A DNA stretch of 64,000 bases, taken from contig NW_027362763.1 of NCBI RefSeq assembly GCF_046119375.1, forward strand, positions 468,162,001-468,226,000, in the 5' to 3' direction. A program made the translations under genes and the position numbers. Of this stretch, positions 24,440 to 36,762 are shown piece by piece. This DNA is from Phyllobates terribilis. Its lineage: Eukaryota. The first letter of the stretch is position 1; every line of letters begins with the position of its first letter. The notes under the pieces were generated by a model. The model was not told where the DNA came from and did no database searches. It saw nothing but the letters and a program-made list of their open reading frames with translations.

Positions 24440-26124
24440 TCCCTTCGTGACTGGGCCATTTTTGCATTTTCGTTTTTTGCTCCCCTTCTTCACAGAGCCA
24501 TAACTTTTTGATTTTTTTGGTCGATATGGCAATGGGCTTATTCTTTGCAGGACAAGTTGTACTTTTGAATTACATCATTGGTTTTACCATATCATGTTCT
24601 GGAAAACGGGGGAAAAAAATTTCAAGTGCGGTGAAATTGCAAAAAAAGTGCAATACCACAGGTTTGTTTTTTTTATGTTCACGAAATGCTAAAACTGACC
24701 CGCCGTTATGATTCCCCTGGTCATTACGAGTTCTTAGATACCAAACATGTATAGGTTCATTTTTATTTAAGTGGTTAAAAAAAATAGCGCCATTTTTCCA
24801 AGACCCATAGTTTCAATTTTTCAGGATTTGGGACGGGGTGAGGGCTAATTTTTTATTTTTTTTTGCGCCAAGCTGACGTTTTTATTGATAACATCTTGGG
24901 GTTGATCCGATGTTTGATCGCCTTTTATTGCGATGTAGCGGCGACCAAAAAAACTAAATTCTGGCGTTTTGATTTTTTTTTTTCTGTTACGCCTTTTGCC
25001 GATCGGATTAATTAATTTTTGTATTGATTGATCGGACGATTCTGACCTGAGCGATGCCAAATATGTGTATATTTGATCTTTTTTTTTTCATTGTTTTATT
25101 TTGAATGGGGCGAAATGGGGGTGATTTTAAACTTTTTATATTTTTTTAAAAACTATTTTTAATTTTTGCATTCTTCAATAGATGGGAGACTAGAAGCAGC
25201 AATTGTCTGATCCCCTGTGTGTAGCAGAAATACTCACATGCTATAAGCGCCGACCGCTGGGAGGTGCTCATAGTAATCTGGAAATGGCAATCGCAGGGGT
25301 CTTCTGCGGACCCTGGGTTGTAATGCCAACCCACCGGCATCCTGCGGTCATGTGACACGGGAGTCTATGGGAGGGGCAAATGACCCGCGTCCGGTTTGCG
25401 GAAGTTAAATACCGCAGTCAGAGATTGACAGCAGCATCTAACTCGTTAATAGCCGCAGGTGGGTCAAGATTCCACCTGCGGCTGTTAGCAGGGCTGTGGA
25501 GTCAGTGTCCATTTTGGTGGAGTCTGAATCTGAGTCAGTATATAAAATGGGCTGACTCAAACTCCTAAAATATATAATAAACTGGGTACAGTAGTCCAAT
25601 GCAGTTCGTGGGGAATATTTTTTTTCATAAGGATTTGGGAAAGTTATGAAATGTCCTATAAATGTCTGTCCTATTCCTGATCTAAAGGTCTAAACTTTTA
25701 GCTGAGATGAATCTGTGCTACAGTAAATTTTATCACTTAAACATGAGCCATGTATGAAGAGTTGGAGTCAGTGTCATGGAAATTGAGGAGTTGGAGGTTT
25801 GGCTTACCGACTCCACAGCCCTGGCTGTTAGGGGCACATGACAGCTGTACAGATCATAAAGTATAAAAAAGGGTCAAAGTTGCCTCCTAAATTGCTAAGT
25901 GTGATTGCTCTAATACATTGAAACAGCATTACTGCAATAGAAACATAAGAAAGCGCTTCAAATTGTACACTTGGATCACAATTCCAACTGCGGCTGTTAG
26001 GGGCACATAACAGCTGTACAGATCAGCTTTCATGTGCCCGGAAAGGTGCTGGCTCTGCGCTGGAGCTTGCACCAAAGGAAGGGACCTGACGTGTCATAAT
26101 AGTACAGCACATGTCAGAAAGGAG
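24440..26124. mobile_element. Non-autonomous piggyBac-type element
   Basis: TTAA|TCCCTT...AAGGAG|TTAA. The interior resembles the other TTAA-flanked elements. Confidence 0.6.
25489..25823. mobile_element. MITE with the termini of the 12014-14941 hAT
   Basis: CAGGGCTGTGGAGTC...CCGACTCCACAGCCCTG, with perfect 8-bp TSD GCTGTTAG. Confidence 0.92.
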
Positions 26125-26566
26125 TTAAGCGTATTCACATCGGGGCACCTTGCTGCATTGTATCTTATTATTGTGATTTATTTTTTTTGTCGAGAAAAAC
26201 ATAAAGAAATTGCAGAATAAGAAACTCCTGAATAAGAAGCCAACTTCAGCATCATCTTCATTGTACCCTATATGTCCTCTGGGTCCTCCTTACTATTTAC
26301 GTTATTGCTCCATTAAGCTTCTACCTACTATAATAGGTGATGGTGATTAAGTTTCCACTGGACCTCTTGTTCATTGTGTCCCCCCCCCCCCCCCCCCCCC
26401 CTTCCCATTTGATCCATGTCCGTGTATTTACCTTTGCATATCCTCTTTATATCTTTTCTACATCTTACTTTGTATAATTTTTGTATTTATTAGTATATAA
26501 TTTTGTATATATCACTTGAGACACTGTATAATATGTATCTATTCTGTAATTTCACGCACTTCAGAT

Positions 26567-26603
26567 TTCCTTGACAAAGACTGCTCTTTGTCGAAACGTT
26601 GGA
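26567..26603 (+). ncRNA. Minimal type-I hammerhead ribozyme-like motif in the PLE pLTR
   Basis: TTCC-TTGACAA-A-GAC(TGCTCTTT)GTC-GAAAC-GTT-GGA: U3-A8 variant of the CUGANGA core, stem II, GAAA and palindromic stem III (ACGT). Activity is untested. Confidence 0.55.
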
Positions 26604-26823
26604 CCATATTGGTTTTGATTACTTGACGGATCAAAATAAATAACACTGCAGCACAACCTACAGTCCCATTTTCTTTTTTTTGTGGCGCTGAAGTTTCTAC
26701 TTTGACTAGTCTGGACCACGAGTCCCTTCCTCGAGCACACTATATTTAACAGGACTGTGCTGTTGGTCTTTCTCCATCTAACTTGTACAAATTTGACCAT
26801 TGGACCTGTTCATCACTGCACAA

Positions 26824-27588
26824 ATGTCGTCATTACCAACGGCTACTTACAACGATTCTGAAGCCAGCGCTATCATCTCTCGAGTCGCATCATCTGGCCA
26901 TTTTCTCCAGATTCCGACAGGAGAAATCAAGACCCGAGATTACGAACGAGCATCAAGACACTTTATCTCATTGGATTTACATAACGCCACCCTCGCAGAA
27001 TACTATAAGGTGCAGCGGATTCCTAGGGATCTACGTTCCCACTTACGCCCTACCCTTTTCCATGATCAACCTGACTACTGTAATAAGTTTGAAGCTATTC
27101 TCAATAAGTGTTCTATGGACCTAATTCTACTTACCCTGGAATTTTTACACACCGCTGTAACAGAGGCAAAGCAAAAAGTAGAAAGCATCGAACAGCAACA
27201 TGTTAATACAAGCACTCTGCAGAATTGGCAAACCATCAAGTCCAAGGTGGACAAGAATCTTAGGGAATTTAAAACCAGATTGGAATCCAAAAAACGCAGC
27301 AAATTCATCAGAGATACTGAAGATTATACATCTGGTCAGGTCTATCGATGGCAATCCACAGAATTCTACAGACCTACACGACAACCTCGCACATATTATT
27401 CCACAGAGTCCTCCAGTTCTGGAAGTGACCAGTCTCTTAATCAACAAAACCCTTTTTTTAGGTTCCAAAGGAAATCGAAACGGCAGGCCAGCAGACGGCA
27501 CCAAAGGTCCAATGATGCAGTCCACATCACAGGTAGGCACCTCACATCTACAATATCTCATCCCATAAACTCACTTAATGTGAACTGA
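26824..27588 (+). pseudogene. PLE N-terminal coding region (open for ~254 codons)
   Basis: LAEYYKVQRIPRDLR and FEAILNKCSMDLILL motifs, a coiled-coil-like segment and a basic tail. Resembles the N-terminus of vertebrate Penelope-like ORFs and lies upstream of RT motifs. Confidence 0.7.
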
Positions 27589-27589
27589 A

Positions 27590-28050
27590 CTTATTACAGA
27601 AATGCCTGTCCTTCTGCCCAACCCCCGCCTTAAATACATTTTCTCTTGATCAAGAACTGCATTCCTTCTATCACACCGTGCGACTGAAGGCACATTTTTC
27701 TGACCAGGCTTCTCTGGAGGTCCCACCAAAAAGTTCCTTCAACCATTCTACTTTTACCAGCCTACAACTAGGTCACCAGCAAATCCTCCTAGAACTAACC
27801 ATCCTGTTGAAACTTTTATGTCTTTGGTCAACACAGATGAATCTGAGGTGCTAAAACAGTCCCAGGATGCCAAAGTAACCTCAAAACCTATGAACAGGCT
27901 GCCCTCAGCCTTGTTCAATGCAAGCAAATAATTATTAAATCAGCCGACACAGGCAGCTCCGTTGTGATGGATAAGGGTTACTACAGAAACCAAATACTTT
28001 CACAGCTGCAAGACAGCAAAACCAATTAGCCTATACCCAGTGTAGAATCT
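27590..28050 (+). pseudogene. PLE region upstream of the RT core, degenerate
   Basis: QELHSFYHTVRLKAHFSD, NHPVETFMSLV and IIIKSADTGSSVVMDKGYY (cf. IIIKPADKG) in shifted frames. Confidence 0.7.
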
Positions 28051-28234
28051 GCTGTGTTTTGGGGTGCCAGTTAATATTAATTAACCAGAGCTACTGGATC
28101 TTTAAACAGGATTTATTACAAATAGGTTTCCCTTATGTATGTTATTGTAAATATCCTAACTAAGGGACGAGGGAACAATGTAAGGGAAAAGGTAAAAGGA
28201 GAGGGTGGTAGAAGATGGGAAGTGAGAAGAAGAA

Positions 28235-29124
28235 AGCTATGTGCACACGATACAGAAATGCTGCATATTTTTTCCGCTTCTCCCTGGCAGGAAAAACGCA
28301 TGCGGTTTTTACATGCGTTTTTCCTGCCAGGTAGAAGCGTTTGTCAAGCATTTTTGCATGCATTTCTGCATGCGGGTTATCAAGCGATTTTAGCATCACT
28401 TGGAAAAGTGCTTGACAACTTGGTCACACTATATAAATCTATGCAACAGGCATGGATTTATATAGTGTGACCAAGTTAGTTAAACAAAAAAGAATAAGAA
28501 TGGTAAAAAATAAAAAAGATTATACTTACCTTCCGATGTCCTCCCGATGTTTTCTCTGCTGCGTCCGGTGTCTTGCACTGCTCACGGTGTCCGGTGTCTT
28601 GCACTGCTCACGGTGGTGTGAAGGACCTGCGATGACGTCATTGAGTCATGTGACAGGTCACATGACTCAGTGACGTCATGGCAGGTCCTTCACAACACCG
28701 CGACCCATAGAGCAGAGCAGACGGAGGGGAGAAAACACTGGGAGGACATCGGAAGGTAAGTATAATCTTTTTTTTTTTTTTATTTGAATTTTTTTTTTTT
28801 TTTTTTTTACAGTTTTTATGGTACCCAGGTCTGGAGGAGTCTCCTCTCCTCCGGACCTGGGTACCATCCGCACATTGAACCGTGTGATATCCGCTTGTGC
28901 AGTGATGCGGATGTCACGCGGTCCAATGCAAGTCATTGGCGGCGATTACGCTGCGTGTCCGACATGCTGCGGATTTTTAAGCGCAGCATAAATGCTGCGG
29001 AAAAATCCGCAGCATTGACATTGCGGCTTGTCATTGTGGACCATGGGGGTCGGATTACCAAGCGTTTCCGCTGCGTAAATTCCGCAGCATAAACGCTTGG
29101 AAAATGCTTCGTGGGTATGCCGCC
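28235..29124. mobile_element. PIF/Harbinger-type MITE (copy 1)
   Basis: Homologous along its length to 38834-39705, with nested internal inverted repeats. TIRs are degenerate. Confidence 0.75.
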
Positions 29125-30044
29125 AAAGAATGCCTAACTAGCTTGATGTGCTACCTTTTATATCAGTTACACAGTCAGACATTGCCCATCCCTGTAGCAC
29201 CTCCACATAATGGTACCATCCAATCAGGTCACAGTCTTTGGAGTTCTCCAGAAACATGCATATGGCTACTGATGCAGACAGTCTTCTGAAGGAGGCGCTC
29301 TTAGGTCCAGAATGGGCAAGAGTATCAGAGGTCATACGTGATTGCAGTGGTCTTCATCTTCCTGCTGATGGCGTCTGGTATATAGCCAAAAGGTCTTTGT
29401 ATCAAGTGGCCTGAGGACAGGTTCAACTGCATTTTGCTTGGAGAGAAGAGGTCAACTTGAAGAACAATGGTTTGTAATCCAAACACCACAGGGGTTATGT
29501 ACCTTTCAAGAGGCCAGACAAGATGTCCATCTCCCATATAGGTGCTCTCTTTACTCTATCAATAGAACAAAAGGCACCACACCACAGGACACACAATGTC
29601 TTCCCGCCTCATAGGTTTTATGACTCCACAGCACGTGGTCAATCTCTTTGATGTAGTCCTTTGATGAACTTTAGTGCTATACTGAGTTTGTGGATCAAAT
29701 TGTGAGTTCAGTCATTCATAATACACGTACAATAGATATTGTCCATGTTGGGTTCCAACATACTCCCCTTTGTGTCTGAATGATACACAAACTTATGACC
29801 AGGGCATGATAAAATGGCGCTCTGCTCCAGGATCATCATCCATTTATTCCATATGTAACTGCGCTAGGGCACCATCAAAGCGAGATAACTAACAGGGATA
29901 ACTAACAAGGCATAAAAATCTCTGGACTCACAACATTCACTCTCATTCATACCTATCTAGATGCATTTTATACTTCAGCAATTATACAATTTGTGACAGA
30001 TGTACAGGAGCACAAATATAAATAAGGTATAGAACAATAATATA

Positions 30045-30078
30045 TATATATAGATAGATAGATAGATATATATATATA
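30045..30078. repeat. (TA)n/(GATA)n microsatellite
   Basis: Seen directly. A complementary (TATC)n tract lies at ~30860-30888. Confidence 0.8.
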
Positions 30079-31279
30079 GCAATATATCAAAATGTCTACA
30101 TGTAAAATGTGCATCCAATGAACACACAACTTCCACATCTATACCTTTTGATGTAGTCTCAAGCACTCCAAATTTATAATATATTCAAGAAATAATGATC
30201 ATGTTATTTACTAGTCATACGTTTAGATAATCCCCTACTCCTTTGAGTATATCTAATAAATTCAGATTATGAATAGTTCACAAATATCACATGCAACTTA
30301 CATCGCTGCACACGGTACCAGTAGATATCCTGTCCAATGCCCTATTAAAAGCATCTTCTTATTGTTTATTAGAATATATGGAGATCACACTGGCTGGTTG
30401 ATACCCTATTGCAAAATATTAGCAAGTGTCTATACTCTCCTATAATGGGCACACTCTGTTGTAGGCCCTTTCATCTTGTATATTTTTCATTTAGATTATA
30501 ATATATGGTCTTTTCACAAATTTTCAGATACAGGTCAATTCATGTCAAGAAATCCTAAGAAAATGTTCCATAAAGGTAGTTTATCAATCCAATTGCCATC
30601 AAATCATGGCTCATCCAGAATTCCAATTTGATAAATTAGAGTATGCTCCATCACAGATCCTGGAAATAAAGAACAAGAGCAGTATCAGATTCTTAGCAGT
30701 TGTAATCTACATATGGTTACTTTAGAAGACAAAATTTTAACTTGAACATCTGACTTTATTTACAAGTAAAACACTTGTAGTCAGCAAAAATAACTTGAAG
30801 AGGAGAAAAAAAAAAATAACAAATACAAAAAAAAAACAAAAAAACTTTAATCTCCCTAGATATCTATATCTATATCTATCTATCTATCTCATGGTAATTC
30901 TTACCCTTACGCCCCTTTGGTACTAAGACATTGTACCAAACAAAAACAAGGGGGAAAACAAAATATTGAATGTGAGGTAAAAGAAAATAAATATATATAT
31001 ATCTCCGAATGCAGCTGTTAATTTTTATATTATATATTTTTTTTATATTCCTGAACAGTGGGAATATGAAAAGCAAAATATTGTGACTCAATGCATTGCA
31101 CGGGATGACAAATAAAAAAACAAAACAGACAAACATAAAACAATTAGGGGTAACTCAACTTTATCTGTCTTATGATGAATAGAGATTGGTAAAGTGGTCA
31201 AGCTGGTGCTGTAGATCTCACAAAAACTACAGCTTTGCATTGGTTGACATTATCATATACATGTTGGGTTCCAACACCC

Positions 31280-32620
31280 AGAGATTCACTACCTGAGATT
31301 AGTGTCGAGATCCATATCGTATTAGAGAAAAATCTCCACAACAATACCATTGACACAAAACTCAGGGAGTTTGACCAATCATCACCCCAGAACACCAGTA
31401 TTATGTACCCTTCACAAAAATCTCAGTCCGTCCAATCGTAGCCTCCACTGATTTTGTCCTTTCCCCGTTGGCCATTGTTCTTGAAAGAATCTTAACACCT
31501 CTGGTGAAATTTACCAGATCTTTTCTACTCAATGCAAATTACTTTATCAAATCCCTCACAAACATAGGCCTCATCCCTACTAATAGTTTACTGGTTACTA
31601 TGGACGTGTACAGTTTCTATACTAGTATCGATCACCAATTGGGGGATACGTGGCACAAAAAACTTTTTGGACAGTAATTAAAAATTGAGCCTTCACATTA
31701 TCCTGACCCAAAATGAACTCCTCTTTGAAGATCAATTCTGTCAACCCCTAACCGGGATTACAATGGGATCAAATGTAGCTTCCCCCATACTGTAATATTT
31801 TTATGGTGGACTTTGAGGAAAAACACATCTATACTAGTACCTATCAACACCACATCCTCGTGTGGAAACGATGCATAATTAAATTTGTCATCTAGACAAG
31901 TCCCCTGGAATCACTATCATGTTTCTTCAATAAGATCAATACCATAATCCCAGGCCTCACTTTTACCATCTATCATGATTCGAAAAATATAAATTTTCTG
32001 GACACTATGGTCATCATTAGTGATGAGCGAGTATGTTTTGTTAACCCTTTCGCCAAGTATGCTCGGGCCGAGCTCCGAGTATTTATAGCTGCTCGGTGAT
32101 AAGTTTGAATCACTCCCGTGTGCATGATTTGCAACTGTTTGACAGTTTTAATACATGTGAGGAATGTGTAAGAAATAGACATTCCTCACATGTATTAAAG
32201 CTGTCAAACAGTTGCAAATCATGCACACGGGAGTGATTCAAACATAACACCGAGCAGCTGTAACTACTCAGTGCTTGTCTGAGCATACTTGGCGGAAGGG
32301 TTAACAAAACATACTGCTCATCACTAGTCATTATTAATGATGATGGGTCATTTACAACTGTCTTGTATGTCAAACCTATGGAAGCAAGCTGCCATCCACA
32401 CAACACCAAGAAATCAAACCTAAATCGCAACTATGTTGTATCCAAAGTATAGCATCAGATACAGCCCCTAGAACCATCAGAAACACTGAGAGAACAACAA
32501 AATTTATCAATGAGGGATATCCTAACAAATTGGTCATGAAGGAACTCCGACAAGATCATAACCCACATAATTGACATAATGCTGACCCCCACAAGTCACT
32601 TTTGTCAACACCAGCCTTTT
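31280..32620 (+). pseudogene. PLE reverse transcriptase core, degenerate
   Basis: RPIVAS, LVTMDVYSFYTSI, TMGSNVAS, INFLDTMVII|NDDGSFTTVLYVKP (split by the MITE). Confidence 0.88.
32018..32326. mobile_element. hAT-type palindromic MITE
   Basis: TAGTGATGAGC...GCTCATCACTA. TSD GTCATCAT / GTCATTAT. Removing it restores the RT frame. Confidence 0.9.
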
Positions 32621-32789
32621 ATGAACAAGATTCATGAATCATCACGACACTGGTCTCTGCTATATGTCATACCCAGCTATACCACACTTTCAAAATCCTC
32701 CTCTCATATGCCACAGACAACCCCTTAACTTAAAGGACCAATTAGTGACAGCCGACATTGGGTCACAACGACCAAAGCTATTCCAACGT

Positions 32790-33190
32790 ACTCTATATAC
32801 CACTTGGAGGGGCACATACCCATGCCTCAATTGCAATCAATGCTCCAATATTACCAAAGATGTTAATTTTACACCCACACACTGGAAAGCAATACCCCAT
32901 CAAGGAGTACTTCTTGTGCGACTACTTTTGTTTATCTCATCAAGTGCCCATCTGGCCTTGTTATATGGGCGAAACAACTCAGCAAATTCGTGACTGGATC
33001 TCACGACATAAATCAAATATTCGTTGTGGCAAAACAATAATACATTTTCACACCGCGTATCACAGTTGAGTTTCCAGGTCATCAAACGTGTCTCTCTAGC
33101 AAGAAGAGGAAGTAACTGTATCCAGAGGCTTAAAGTAAGAGAGGCTTTCTGGATACATACCTTATAAAACATGGAACCATGTGGCCTAAA
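32790..33190 (+). pseudogene. PLE GIY-YIG endonuclease, degenerate
   Basis: CLNCNQC upstream, then CYMGETTQQIRDWISRHKSNIR and LKVREAFWIHTL..MEPCGLN. Confidence 0.85.
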
Positions 33191-34373
33191 CTACAAGTAT
33201 AAAGTCTTGTATAATTATTGGTTCACAACGGTTTCTGCATCACTTCACTTCAATTGGATATGCATATGTGTAATGTTTCTTTAATATCCTCAATATGTTT
33301 GTGTCACAATGTATTTTATTGACCTATATTGTATTCATGCTGTTACTCGGATACCCAAACATTCTCTCTTATCCTATTTGGTACTTTGGTTCACTCTGAC
33401 ATGTCATCACTATGTGTATACTAATGGTATCTTTCTCTCCACAGATCGCCTAAACTTCAGAGCCTATAGCACCCCCTCCTCATGTGAACATACAGGTAGT
33501 TTGTTTCAGCCCAACATCACTATTTATCCCAGATATATAGCTTTCTACTTGCTGTCCTGCATCTTCTTCCACCAGTTCTGTGTTCCTCTCCATGCTACCC
33601 CATGTTTACCACACTGTTTAATTCCCCCCCCCCCCCCCCCCCTCCAACACCACTTTTCCAGCATTTCTCCTCATTCACTCTCATGTCTTCTCTCTTGGGT
33701 TCCAAGGGGTAACGTTTCTCCTTGTGGAGAAGTGACATGTCAAGCCTGGAATGCCAATGTAAGGACTTTTAAGCCTTGCGCTGTAACAAGCGGCTTCCCG
33801 CGCGTGCGCAGTGAAGTTCCTAGCTCCACTGTGGCCGGAGCCGCTCGCCACAGCGCATGCGCAGTGAAGCTGGGAACTACACAGCCTCACAGCGCACGCG
33901 CGGGGAGCTGCTGCTGGCCATGTCATACTGCGCAAGCGTCCCACTTACATCAGTGCTAGCCGGGAGCAAAATTCAAATGCATGGGCGGTGCCAGCCCTGA
34001 CTAAATGCGAGGATCACACCCCTATGACTAAAAGTGCAGGTAGGATATAAGTGTATAAAATGTTATAGACTCATGATATTGGCACCAATTTTAATGGAAA
34101 AAGCGTGTAAGTGAAGCACATTGCATCACTAACAACGCAATGGAGGCAGTTTAAATAGTAGATAAGACATGACAGGTTCCCTTTAAGTTTCCACTGAACC
34201 TCTTGTTCATTACCCCCTCCCCTCCTATTTGATCCATGTATTTACATTTGCATATCCTTATTGTATCTTTTCTTTGTCATATTTTGTTATTGTTTATATT
34301 TTGTCATATAACTGAGTCACTGTATAATATGTATCCTGTAATTTCACACATTTCAGATGTCCTTGACAAAGAC

Positions 34374-34934
34374 CAAATATTTGAGCAGCCATGGTCAGAA
34401 GATGGCGACTATTGGGAAGGTCAATTAGTGTCTCAAGAGGTAGATGATGATGATGATGGGACACAGTTGCGAACAAGATATGTTGTTAAGTCAACAAGTC
34501 AGGAGGACCGGAGTGCGGAGGTGGTGGATGATGAAGCGACTGACCCAACCTGGGAAGGTGCCATGCAAAGCGAGGACAGCAACGCAGAGTGGGAGGGATT
34601 TGCAGTACCCCAACAGGCAGGAAAGCGCAGTGGGGTGGCCAGAGGGAAAAGGCGGGCAACTGTTTCCCAGAGCACCCACACACGGCAAGTTACCAGGCCA
34701 AGGGTTAGGTGTTCCCCAGTCTGGCGCTTTTTTAAAGAAAGTGCGGAAGATAAAAGAACGGTTATTTGCAACCTGTGCTGTACAAGGATCAGCAGGGGCC
34801 TAACCAGTACCAGCCTGACCACCACCAGCATGCTCAGACACATATCGTCAAAGCACCCGGCTCGGTGGGCTGAACGCTTGGGTCCACAATCAGTGTCTGC
34901 GGATGACACCACTGCCGCTTCTCCTCACTCATAA
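34374..34934 (+). pseudogene. hAT transposase N-terminal fragment with an intact BED finger
   Basis: SPVWRFFKE..VICNLCCTRIS..TTTSMLRHISSKH. Homologous to ~51453-51990; the catalytic core is deleted. Confidence 0.85.
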
Positions 34935-35675
34935 CATAATTTTTAGAGGGTCATCATGCGGCCCTTGCTTTTAATTTTTTCTAGAGTGTGTATGATGCCC
35001 TCCTTCATAATTTTTAGGAGTCACACTCCTTACAAATGGGGAAAAAAATGTTTTGAACCCTCCTCTACGTGTCTTCCAGGGTGTATTGCAGTCCTTCCTT
35101 CTAATTTTTGGCACAGCCTTACACTTGGTGCACAGGCTTTGAGTCTAGGAGTCCCACTACCTAACAATTCAACAGAATGTGTCATGAGGCCCTCCTTTAT
35201 GTCTAATACAGGGTGGATCGAAGTCTCTCTGCCTTCTAATTTTTGGCAGTTCTTGCATTGTCCGCATAGGCTTTGTGAGTTTGAGTCCCTCCTTCTTAAA
35301 TTAAACTGGATGTGTCTCGCCATGTCACACACCACATGTACAGAAAAGGTAGTTAAAGGTTAAAATTGCATTCACCGGTGGGTGTAGTAGTATTTCCCTT
35401 GCTACTATTTTATCTACTGTAGTCATAGACGACGGGGAATACCGTGCGAGATTTGTTTGTTTTGTTTTTTTTTTCTCGTTTTAATTCTGCCTTATATACT
35501 AGTAATTATACGAGAGAATGTTTCCTAACTTTTTCCAGTAAATCCATTTTGGTTTAGTTTTTGTATGTTTTATTGTGAGTCTGTAAAAGTGGCTTAATAC
35601 TCTGACAACTTTGTTCCCAGCAGTGACCTGGGAGTCAGATGTGAAGTCGAGCATTTTGGTGCTCGCTCATCACGA
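34374..35675 (+). mobile_element. Internally deleted copy of the large hAT family with its right TIR
   Basis: 3' region is homologous to 3361-3697, 11531-11630 and 19600-19980. Ends TGGTGCTCGCTCATCACGA. Confidence 0.75.
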
Positions 35676-35808
35676 ATAATTTTACATTCTGTAATGTTAT
35701 TCTCTCAGATCTTAGTGCTGCAACATATGATGCCACCAGTGTCCCCACACACATTATGATGCACCCAGAACCCCCATTACACAGTATGATGTCCCCATAA
35801 TGCCCCCC

Positions 35809-35810
<2 letters not shown>

Positions 35811-35864
<54 letters not shown>
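35811..35864. repeat. (AC)n microsatellite
   Basis: Seen directly. Confidence 0.95.
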
Positions 35865-35866
<2 letters not shown>

Positions 35867-36399
35867 CAGTATAGAGTTCTAAGTATCCCCCACACAACAA
35901 AATTGTCACACTCACAGTTTAAACCAAAAGTACAATGGTTTATTGTACTGTTACCTTTATTCCTCAACAGTGCCCATCTCACAGAATTAACACCCTAAAT
36001 TGCCCCTTTAGCATTGCACCCTTCAATTCCACCAGGAAATATGACAAAGTACTCAACCCCATACCCACAATGTGCAGAGCTGCTCTCCTTTTTGTGCTTT
36101 AGCTGATCCCAGCACAGGTGGCACCATGTAATGACAGCACTGCACCTTGACTGAGCCTCAGAGGGCATAGGTGAATGGTGGAGTAGTGAGCTTACACTCC
36201 CCCACTCTACTATTTTTTACTACCATGTCTTTTTGTATATAAATGTTTAATGAACAAACCTCAAAAGCTTGTTTGTCATCCAGTTATTTTAATATTGGTA
36301 CTCAGCATATTTGGAGTCGTAGATCATTGCAACTACAGCAATTATCTAGGATGATTATAATAAAAAATTGTTGTAGCTAACTAATACAACATGTATTAA

Positions 36400-36522
36400 A
36401 GGGAACCTGTCATGTCAGATGGAACATGTAAACTGCCTCCAGGTTATTGTTAGTAATGCACATTGCATCACTAACAACCTGGGGGCAGTTTACATGCTCC
36501 ATCTGACATGACAGGTTCCCTT
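36400..36522. mobile_element. Short T2/Kolobok-type MITE, near-perfect hairpin
   Basis: TTAA|AGGGAACCTGTCATGTCAGATGGA...TCCATCTGACATGACAGGTTCCCT followed by TTAA. A right end of the same family lies at ~34115-34186. Confidence 0.85.
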
Positions 36523-36723
36523 TTAAATGTATCAAGTAACCCCTCCACCACTTTTAAGAAACAAAAAGGTGCATGGCCTTCTACTCATACAAATGATTTA
36601 CTAAGTATTTTCCACCGCGTTTTAGATTTGTGTTGGACAATACGTTCTGTGCTATCCCCTCTCTCAAACTGGCATACTTCCATATACCAATCTTCATTCA
36701 TTGTTTCCATTTACTGCATTTCA

Positions 36724-36725
<2 letters not shown>

Positions 36726-36760
<35 letters not shown>
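36726..36760. repeat. (TG)n microsatellite followed by poly-G
   Basis: Seen directly. Confidence 0.95.

Positions 36761-36762
<2 letters not shown>

Larger units (their letters stand above)
26200..34373 (+). mobile_element. Penelope-like retroelement (pLTR - N-terminal ORF - RT - GIY-YIG - tail - partial pLTR), interrupted
   Basis: Direct repeat 26350-26582 / 34185-34373, with RT and GIY-YIG motifs in between. Interrupted at ~28050-31280 and 32018-32326. The left boundary is approximate. Confidence 0.85.

Noticed and set aside
29130-31230. Possible minus-strand L1/LINE ORF2 3' end
   Set aside because: Only vague motif resemblance and no readable RT or zinc-knuckle motif, so it was left unannotated.
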